64,000 bases of DNA, from assembly GCF_000315625.1 (NCBI RefSeq), contig NW_005434552.1:117080-181079 (forward strand). Direction: 5' to 3'. The position numbers and the translations under genes are program-made. The notes under the pieces were generated by a model that worked only from the letters and a program-made list of their open reading frames with translations, was not told the DNA's origin and did no database searches. Source of the stretch: Guillardia theta CCMP2712. Its lineage: Eukaryota; Protista; Cryptophyta. Each line of letters begins with the position of its first letter. Positions within the stretch are counted from its first letter, which is position 1. This document shows, in pieces, positions 54,658 through 64,000 of the stretch.

Positions 54658-55084
54658 TGGAGGAGGAGGAAGAGGAGGAGGAGGAGGAGGAGGGAAGGGC
54701 GGTAGGGGTCCAAAGGCTAGGGGTGACGAGGTCCGAGAATCAAAGCCTCGGCAAACATGGTTTCCCTGCCGTCGTGATCACTGAAGAGGGAGGGAGAGCT
54801 GTGAAGTAGAGTTGAAGATTTGTGTTGTCAAAAGGAACGATGGAGGAGGACGAGGACGAGGACGAGGACGAGAAGGAGGACGAGGGTGAGAAGGAGTCAC
54901 CTTGACTTCATCCGGGGATGGAACATGTCTGGATCTTTCTTGTAAAGTTCTGCAATCAACTCGTTCACCCACAACCCGTAGGCTCTCGAGCTCACCTTCT
55001 TTCCTTGCGCCCCATCCCACCACCATGGACGAGGTCAGCGGCTGCTGGGGTCTAAGCTTGGGGGGAGAGCAGGGGAGGAGGAGA

Positions 55085-55182
55085 GGGTCTCACCGTGGCG
55101 TACTTGTCTGTGGGATCATGCTTTGACCTCTCGTGCCTACGCATGTCAATCCTCAACCTGCATGTAGCGTCAGGAAATAATA

Positions 55183-55215
<33 letters not shown>

Positions 55216-56351
55216 ACCCCCCTCACTGCCTCCTCCCTCCTCTCGCCTCTTGCCTCACCCACCCCTACTCATCTTCCCCCCTCCTCCTCCACTCTCTCCC
55301 TCTGGTTTTCCCATCCTCATCCTCTTCTCTTGCCTCTCCTCCTCCCTCGCTTGCCGTTACCTCTCGTTCGACGTGTACTCCTTGCGGCGTATGGAGGACA
55401 GCAGCACTGACTCTCTTCCTCCCAGTGAGACCGAGTTCCCCATCGTCCTCGGATCGATCCATCGCACGTTCTCCGCATCCTGCCAAGTCTGAGAAGCTCC
55501 GCCAAGCAGGGAGGAAGAGGACTGCTCCAGGTCTGCACTCAGCTGCGGCTCAACCACGAACTTCGTGTCCTGTTGTATCATCGCTCTCGTCCTCTCCTCC
55601 GCCAGCAGCTCGTGCATGATGCGCAGGAGGTCCTCCTCCACCACTTCGTCGAAAGAAGTCCCTGAAGGCCTCCGTGAGCTCTATCCTCCTCCTCCCAATC
55701 ATCATAATCATCTCCATCATCATCATCATCATCATCGCCGTCGTCGTCATCATCATCATCATCACCACCACCACCACCATCATCATCAGCATCGTCATCA
55801 TCATCATCATCATCCCTCTTTCCCTCTTCCCTCTTCCTCTCTTCCATCTTCTCTTCCTACCGTCCACCGTCTTGAGCATCTTTCGTTCGTCGTACCACGC
55901 GAGCATGGCGTCCGCCTCTTCGAACCAGGCCTCGTCCCCATCCTGACGGTCACAATCATGCGCGCGATATGTTGAGGTACAGGAAAGAGCAATGGGGGAG
56001 GAGGGAAGGAGAGCAGGAGGGATTGAAGGAGAGAGCAAAGCAAAAGGAGCAGGAAGCTGGCGTTGGAGGAGGAGCAGGACGAGTAGCAGGAGCAGGACGA
56101 GTGGCGGCGGGGGCAGAGGCGGCGGGGGCGGGGGCAGCAGCAGCAGCAGCAGCAGCAGTGGTGGTGGGATGGAAAGATAAGCTCACGTCAATGAGGATGA
56201 CATAGGAGAGCTTCTTCTTCTTCTTCTTCAGCGCTGCCTCAAGAGCCTCTGCCTCCTCCATCGTCCTCGGAAACCCTGCCAGCAGCCCCCCTCCCCTCCT
56301 CTCCACTGCGTCCGCCGCTGCCTCTGCGATCTTCTTGGGAGAGGTAGCCAT
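55085..56351 (-). CDS. Hypothetical protein (multi-exon; 3' end uncertain)
   Basis: Start MATSPKKIAEAAA..., coding-like exons separated by microsatellite introns with GT-AG ends. Confidence 0.4.
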
Positions 56352-59300
56352 GCTGGCGGGGAGGAGAGGGGAGGGAGGAGGAGAGGCTGTAGCAGGGAAG
56401 GGGGAGGGGAGGAGGGGGATGGGCAGCGCTGATCGAAGACGCTGAGCATGCGAGGAGGCGGAGGCTCCCACAAGAACTACCAGCATGGCGGCAGTTGAGA
56501 AGTGCGCTCCCCTTTTGGTATGGGGGTAGGGTTAGGAGGACGACGGGTAGTGGAGGTGATTTTGATGGGATTTCATCTACTGTGAAAGTGAATAGTCGGG
56601 GTGGGGTCACCAAAATGGGGGTGGGGGTGGGGTTACTACCGTAACGATCCCCCTCTAAAAGAAGGTAGAGGAAGCCTCGTAGAGGAGGGGGGAAGAACTT
56701 GTAGAGAGGGGCTGGGGGGGAGTGGAGGAGGAGCAGGAGGCGAAGGGCGAGGCAAGGAGTGCAGAGGGATAAGGGATGAACGAAGACAAGCAGGTATGAA
56801 AGTAAAGATGGAACTGTCAGATGAAATGCCTTAAAGGAAAAGAACGAGAAAATTAGAGATTGGTTTTTCTCCATTTCATTTCCAATAATGGGCAGATTAT
56901 GCACAATCTTATTGACTTCCTTTCACTCTCATACTCGCAAGTTTCGTTTCCCTCCAATCTGCCATGACAGACATCAGCATGGAAAAAAAGACCATCGGTA
57001 GAGACAATAAACAGTTTCACAACATCAGAAGTCACTTATAATCATTCGGATCATCCCCGAAAGATGGTGTTTTTTTGTGATTGATTTCGTCGTTTGCAGT
57101 TCGCACAGCATCGTCATTATCATCATCTCTCTTCCTCACTCACCATCAACGTGTCGACCTTCGTCCTCCGGTCCCCCCCCTGGGTCTCCTAACCTGCGTT
57201 TTCAGACGTGAGAAGCGAGGAGGAGGGCGAGGAGGACGAGGAGGAGGAGGGGAGGAAGCGGGGGAGATGTCCAGTCCCTGATCGCCAGTGCATCATCGTC
57301 TTGCTAGCACTAGAGGTGTAGAGACCGACCCTTTCGCACGATCACGAGCCGCATTCGCCATGAGGTGGCTGGGCGGGGAGGGATGTGCTTGCTTGCGGGA
57401 GAGCAACCAGAAAGACATGAAGGGGAGCAAACAAGGCAGATGTACAAAGGAGCACATGTCTCGTCCCAGAACAATCCAGAATGTCATTGAGCAATCTCAT
57501 GCCGGTGAAAGAAAGACGAGCACGTGTTGCACAGTCACGAGATGCCTTCACCATGCAGAGGTTCGGCATGGAGGGACGTGCGTCATGTGAAAACTCACAG
57601 GATCGCTACCTTGCAGTGTTGGTGCATCGAAGAGATAAGTAGAAGATGAAGAGACTTTGTGTGAGACCTGCACGAAGCATGAGCGGCAAATCAGATCATC
57701 AGAGGCAGTTGTAGTGGTTCAGTGGCATCAGACAAAATAATCTTCTTGGGTGTCACGTATGATGAACGTGTACGAGGAATTCTCACTTCACATGCCGACA
57801 ACAGGGAGAGGACATGCACAACACAGCGGCGAACCTCACCTTCACATACCCTGAACATTATGTTCAAAGCTCCACCCCGTCTCGATGTTCACTTCTCTTG
57901 GACAAGATCTGTTGGTGTCATATCAGGATCCTTCAAGGATGAGAGAGGATGTATGCGGAACACCAAGATGAAATCAAGAGAACATGAGATCATCAAACTA
58001 AATTCCACGAGTTATCTAGCATTCAAAACGACCAGATGCCATCATTGCGATGACACGCGATGGCTTTGGAGATACCGAATGCATGGGTAAGAATACACAT
58101 CAACGTGTGCTTACCAACTCATGACTGTCTTGTCATCTCTTTTATCATCATCTGAAACCTTGATGCGTCCCCTCCACGTTGACCATATTCGTTGCGTCCC
58201 TCGCAGCCGCAAGTTGTGTGACCTGTTACAGGTGTCAGGTGAACGATAACAACATCTCTCTGCTAATGATTGAGGACAAGGCTCTTAGTGCGCCGGTGAA
58301 AGCAGTTTGTTTCCTCACTGACAGTCGGAGGGAGCGCATAGCTTCTTGGTCTCATCATCGAGCCTCCACCAATGCAAGAGAGGTCAAGGGCAGGTGCAGG
58401 GAATATGAGATCACGCGACAGGGGGCATCGACAGATAAATGTTGTGGAAGAGCAGGAAGAATAGCGGCTGAGCGGAGGCAGAGAGGAGGGTGAATAGAGG
58501 AGGTGAACAGAGGAGGAGCAGGAGGAGCAGGGGGAGCAGGGGGAGCAGGGGGAGCAGGAGCGGGAGCAGGGGGAGCAGGAGGAAAGAAGAATAATCGCCT
58601 CTCGTACCATTGCCGTAGATCCTCCACGTGCAGCAACTACCCACCCCCTTAGTGCATTTGCCCTTCAATCCCTCCCTTTCGACCCCTCCTTTTCATATGG
58701 TTGACCACCCCTTCTCTCCCAAAAAACGTGACCACCATCCAATTCAGGATGAATCCATGGGTGTTTGAGTAGGTAGGGGTACCCACGTTCTTCGATCATT
58801 GTCCCTCATACCGACCGCTGGTTTGTCACAGGCCCGCCCCGCTGCCCGCCCGCAGGCCCGCCCCGCCCTCATGTTCTAAAGCCCTCATACATGGAATGAG
58901 CGGGGATGAGGGCAATCTGAGTTGGACGTGACTCCGTTTGTCAGTAGTGACGTGCAGTATGAGGGTCGCAACGGGCATTGGAGGGGGTGGGGTGCTATGA
59001 GGGGGGTGAGATAGCATGGGGTGGGGTAGTGTGGACCTACGTGTGAGTACACGACGAAATGTTGTGTTCTCGGATTCTACAACTTAGCAAGTTTTCGAAA
59101 ATGAGTTATTTCGTTGACAACCGAAACTGAGTTACGCCTTCCCAGGTACAAAGATTTTTAAAAATATTTTTGATATATATTACTTCTTGAACCCCCACCT
59201 TGGTTCGGACCACCCACACAGAGCGACCACCCACCCCTCATTGACATAAAATGTTCACCCCCCACCCCCCAACCATCCGACCAGTCCTCCATGACCAGTC

Positions 59301-60874
59301 CTCAAAGGCCTCAGTTAACTCCTTCTGGTAACATCACCCTACCCCTCTTCAATTTATTTTAACTCGCCCTAACAACCCGGTGACTTGCTACGACCTGATC
59401 AGCAGAATGGACCGGTCCAATTCCGTGGACCGGTGCTTCATCTGCCTGCCATTCAAATCTCAAGAGGTCACCCATTGCTTTGTTTTGTACCCCTCTTTGA
59501 CCACCAACTTCAACTCATTAGATAGGGTGGGGTCATATCTTATCCCCTTCTTGAATTTTGTGCAGTCAAAGATTGTCCGTACCCCACCACCATTTTATCA
59601 TCACTCTCTCTGCCAACCTACCACCACCCCTCAAAGAATAGTACCCCTGCCTTTGTGTCCAATGAGCACCCTATATTTTCCTTCAAAGTACCCGGTTCAA
59701 TAAGCTGCCCTGACAATCTGAAGTGTTAATTGTACCCCCCTATCTAAAGCACCCCTATTGCCCTCACCTCTTGTTACACCCCGCCTACCATCTTGTCACT
59801 CTCCGAATGCCCTCCTACGGGCATTCACCCCCCATTCCCCAACAGCACCCCATCACACGGGGTCCTTTCCTTGATCACCCAATTTTCCCCTGTTCAGTAC
59901 CCCACCTTTGTAGTTCAAAGATAGCCCCTCCATATTACTACCCATCTTTGACCTACCCCCACCTATTTATTCCCAGCGAAATACAAAATTGAACCCCATA
60001 CCCTACCCCGGAACCCATTGACAGCACCCCACCCCTCATACTCCAGGCTGTCGTTCGCCCCACCCCTATTTTCTACTCTTTTTCTTCGCCAGTCATCATA
60101 CCATCCCCATCCACCCACCCCCCTTTTACTACCCCACCCCCTTGTCATGTACGATTCGTAGAACTTTCGTTGTTTGACTGACTGACACTCAATTTTCACC
60201 CCCACCCCCTCAAATAGACCCCAACACCACGACTACCCATAAATTTGTCGTGACTAACCCCAAGGGCCCCACACTTATTTTTGATACCCCTTCTTGAAAC
60301 CTTGACACCACATCAAATCAACCCCTTATTTATGTGATTACCACCATCTACCCACCCTTGTTGATCAAATACCCCAATTCTACACCCCCACCCCTCTTTG
60401 AACCACGCTTCAGTTTACCACAAACCTTGTTCCAGTCGGCCCCACCACCCCACCCTACGATTTTCTCCCCACCCCACCAATATCTCCCCTGGTACATATA
60501 CACCGTGTCCTTGGTACACCCCACCCACATTTGCTAAACATCTATTCCCATTAATTCGGTAGTGTTTTGATCACCCCTACCCCTTATTTTACCACCCCTA
60601 CCATGACATAATACTGATGACCTACCCGCCCACCATCATCAACACACCCCACCCCCACGTTAATTTGCCACCCCCTTCCTGCTGACTGATTGATTTCCTG
60701 CATTTTCGCTCGTACGAGGATTACGCACGTTCTTCCCCTCCTCCTCCCTCCTCCATCCTCCCTCCTCCTCCATCTCCGTTTCTTCATCGTTACCATCATA
60801 CCTACGAATCTTTCCCCTTCCTCTAGACCAAGTTCTTCTCTCTTCTCCCCGACTTGCTGACCAACTGCACAAAA

Positions 60875-62080
60875 ATGCACTACCCGCCAAATCAAACCTT
60901 AGTGATGAAGGGCGTCCCGCATGGGGCCACCCTCCCTCAGCTTCTCTCCCTCTTATCCTCCTCTGCTTCTTCCTCTGCCCCTCCTCCCTCTCCATCCAAC
61001 ATGCCTCCTCCCGGTCCTCCAGGGCCGCATGCTGGATTCCTGTCCACGAGCTCGTTTCCTCCTCTTGCTCCACCGATGGGAATGCAGGGAGAGATCCCCA
61101 ACCCACACTCCGGGATGTTCCCTCCCTCTCCTCCCTCTTGCTCTCCTCCTCTGTCACATCCCTCCTCTCCGCCTGCCTTGCCCCTCCCGTGCAGCGCTCA
61201 AGTTGTCTTCGACCGCTTGCCAACCGACCCAGCCTACCCTCAACTTGCCTACCTCAACTTCCAGGATGCTGAAAGCGCTCATCTCGCCAAGAATGTGCTC
61301 AGGGTCTACGTCGATCATCTGCGCTTCCATGCTGGAGAGGGAAGGTGCCCTCCTCCTCCCATGGACTGCAGCCGCCTGTCGATCTCCATCAAGGGAGAGC
61401 CAGTTCCCAACTTCACCATCTTCGTTGGCAACGTCTATGACGAGGACGAGGCAAGTCTGTCTTCCACCTTCGGCGTCTTTGGCTCCTTGTGCTCTCTCTC
61501 CATCCATGGCCTCCCTCCCGTCAAGCTCATGGACGGATGTGCGTTCGTCAACTTCGTCAGCTTCATGGACGCAGCAGCGGCACTGCGGGCATGCGAGAAC
61601 AGAGAGGTCATCCTTGGGAAGCGAGGAGGATGCATAGCGGAGGCTCGACCCAACCACAACATCCTCTACGTGGAGGAGGTGAAGAGGCTTCTGGAGAGCA
61701 GGCCGATGCAGAGCATGTCGTTCCAGGAGGCTGAGAGGATCACTACCTTCATGGAGGGCAAGCACAGGCCCCCTAGCGGGGTCGAGGTGCTGATCAGATG
61801 CCAGGGCTTGTTCTGCGTGGACTCTTACGACCGAACCATCACGCTTGCTCCTCCTCCTCTCCTTTCTTCTCCTCCCCCTCCTCGCTCCCTTCCTGCCCAG
61901 GTACCCATGAGCGAGTGTGCAGCTGCTTTCGAGCTCCCACGAGACCAAGGTCAAACTCCTCCTCGTGGACTTCCTGTAGGATGCCGGGCTGCTCCGCAGG
62001 AGAAAGTGGCGGCGTCTCCCCTGCAGCAGCTGTGGGGTTGGCAGTCACTGCCAGGAGTGGACAGGGCGTTGCTGGCGTGA
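60875..62080 (+). CDS. RNA-binding protein with two RRM-like domains
   Basis: TLVMKGV...AYLNFQDAESAHLA; FTIFVGNV...GCAFVNFVSFMDAAAAL (RNP2/RNP1-like). Confidence 0.75.
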   Translation: MHYPPNQTLVMKGVPHGATLPQLLSLLSSSASSSAPPPSPSNMPPPGPPGPHAGFLSTSSFPPLAPPMGMQGEIPNPHSGMFPPSPPSCSPPLSHPSSPPALPLPCSAQVVFDRLPTDPAYPQLAYLNFQDAESAHLAKNVLRVYVDHLRFHAGEGRCPPPPMDCSRLSISIKGEPVPNFTIFVGNVYDEDEASLSSTFGVFGSLCSLSIHGLPPVKLMDGCAFVNFVSFMDAAAALRACENREVILGKRGGCIAEARPNHNILYVEEVKRLLESRPMQSMSFQEAERITTFMEGKHRPPSGVEVLIRCQGLFCVDSYDRTITLAPPPLLSSPPPPRSLPAQVPMSECAAAFELPRDQGQTPPRGLPVGCRAAPQEKVAASPLQQLWGWQSLPGVDRALLA

Positions 62081-62338
62081 AGAGGAGGAGGAGAGTGAAG
62101 GAGAAGGGAGAAGCGCTTGAGAGAAGTTGCTGATGGTTGTTTTCCTTTTTCTTCTGTTGTGATTGTTTCTTTTTCCTTTGTAGAGGCTTCTTGCCCATTG
62201 CTACATTCCGTTTGTTTCTGTAATTATTTGTGAATGAAGATTGTAACGATTACATTTCATTCCCACGGTTAAAATGCTCTCCTCCACTCCTCTTCCTCCT
62301 CCTCCTCCTCCTCGTCTCCCTCTTCGTCGACTTCATTC

Positions 62339-63845
62339 TTACTTCTTCTTCGCCTTCTCAAGGAGGTCATCCAGCGCGACCGGCCTCCACTGCAGCAGCG
62401 TGAGTCGCAGGCGGAAATGAAGGTGGTGGTGGGGGGGTGGGGGGGGATGTAGAACGATGAGAGCATGATGTAGGAGGAGGAGGAGGAGGAGGAGGAGGAT
62501 GTGAAGTTGGAGAAGGGAGGGTGGGAGGGGCCGGGGAGGGCCAGGGGTAGAGGAGGACACGAGGAGAGGCAGCAGCAGGAAAGGAGGGAATGGAACAAGG
62601 GCAGGAGGAGCATGTAGTGGGATCAGGAACAAAGGAAACGTCAAAAATATCGGAAGAGGAAGGGAGGCAGGCAGGCACGGAGGCAGGGGAGGAGAACCTT
62701 TCCGCCGTCAAGCGCGAAGACGATACGATTGTCGAGGTAGATAGNNNNNNNNNNNNNNNNNNNNNNNNNNNNNNNNNNNNNNNNNNNNNNNNNNNNNNNN
62801 NNNNNNNNNNNNNNNNNNNNNNNNNNNNNNNNNNNNNNNNNNNNNNNNNNNNNNNNNNNNNNNNNNNNNNNNNNNNNNNNNNNNNNNNNNNNNNNNNNNN
62901 NNNNNNNNNNNNNNNNNNNNNNNNNNNNNNNNNNNNNNNNNNNNNNNNNNNNNNNNNNNNNNNNNNNNNNNNNNNNNNNNNNNNNNNNNNNNNNNNNNNN
63001 NNNNNNNNNNNNNNNNNNNNNNNNNNNNNNNNNNNNNNNNNNNNNNNNNNNNNNNNNNNNNNNNNNNNNNNNNNNNNNNNNNNNNNNNNNNNNNNNNNNN
63101 NNNNNNNNNNNNNNNNNNNNNNNNNNNNNNNNNNNNNNNNNNNNNNNNNNNNNNNNNNNNNNNNNNNNNNNNNNNNNNNNNNNNNNNNNNNNNNNNNNNN
63201 NNNNNNNNNNNNNNNNNNNNNNNNNNNNNNNNNNNNNNNNNNNNNNNNNNNNNNNNNNNNNNNNNNNNNNNNNNNNNNNNNNNNNNNNNNNNNNNNNNNN
63301 NNNNNTGGGAGTATGGAAGAAGTGCAAGGACGTGGAGGGAGGAAGTGGAAACAAAGACGGAGGAGGGAGGGAGGTGGAGAAGGAAGAGGGAGGGAGGTGG
63401 GAGACCTTGTGCAGGAGATGTGCAGCAGCTTGAGTTTTGCTTCTCTCCTCAGCAATCTGATGAGAGTTTAGGAAGAGCCAGGGCAAGAAGAACTTGTGGT
63501 AGGACCCAAGGCAAAAGATCCAGAGGGACGATCAGGATATCGTTAGCCTTGGTTGAAGGCGGCTGGACCGCGATGATAAGGACTCGGAAGTAAGAGCAGA
63601 TAGAGGAAAAGGAAGAGGAGGAGGTGGAGGAGGAGGAGGAGGAGGAGGAGGAGGAGGAGGAGGAGGAGCACGAGCACGAGCACGAGCAGGAGCAGGAGGA
63701 GGAAGAGGGAGGGGGAGCAGCAGACCTTGAGGTACTTAAGGTTGTCTGCAGCAGGAGGCAGGGCGGATCCTGTGTTCTGAGCGCCGGCAACAACATTGTT
63801 CATCATGTCCAGCGCTCGATTGAAGAGCTTGTGAATCTGAAATAG
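62339..63845 (-). CDS. TFIP11: 3' exons of a tuftelin-interacting protein 11 / Ntr1 (spliceosome disassembly factor) homolog; 5' part beyond the window
   Basis: LFNRALDMMN..PPAADNLKYL, IYLDNRIVF, WRPVALDDLLEKAK parallel the TFIP11 C-terminus as recalled (KFNEALDIMN..PGARENIAYL, IYIDRGVVF, WVPTSLQSLIDMAK). Confidence 0.75.
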
Positions 63846-64000
63846 AAAGTGAGGAGGGAGGAAGCGAAGGAGGCGGTGCCGATTGAGGAGAAGAGCGGGA
63901 GGAAGAGAAAGAGAAGAAAGAAGATGAGGAGAAAGAGGAGGAGGAGCAGGAGAAGCAGGAGCTGCTGCTGCAGCAGCAGCAAGAGGAAGAGGAGCAGGTG

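Noticed and set aside
57080-58670. Short ORFs between the hypothetical gene and the C-rich tract
   Set aside because: No domain or clear exon structure recognised

Overview
Eukaryotic nuclear scaffold with about 14 N-gaps, intron-rich genes and introns filled with microsatellites. The style (short GT-AG introns, GAG/CAG/CCTG tracts, an RWP-RK gene) suggests a cryptophyte alga such as Guillardia theta; this is inference, not verified. Left part: an apparently intronless NLR-like NACHT-pentapeptide-WD40 gene, split by a 1-nt frameshift, with a possible caspase/CHAT-like N-terminal effector. It is followed by ankyrin, EF-hand/IQ, HERC-type RCC1(+UBA)-HECT ligase and SAM-methyltransferase genes. 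Centre: a ~17-20 kb palindrome (arms ~31.5-42.85 kb and ~43.2-48.6 kb, 325-bp spacer) centred on an RWP-RK transcription-factor gene, whose mirror copy should lie in an assembly gap. One arm carries a very recent full-length chromodomain Ty3/Gypsy element (492-bp LTRs with non-canonical TA...CA ends, GCATG TSD), and the empty site is visible in the other arm. Right part: an unusual SPX + peptidoglycan-binding-like insert + Ttd14/AAA_28 P-loop + CYTH-like fusion gene, an RRM protein and the 3' end of a TFIP11/Ntr1 homolog. The best candidates for novel biology are the SPX-P-loop-CYTH fusion, the protease-effector NLR and the RWP-RK palindrome. All domain calls are by eye, without database searches.
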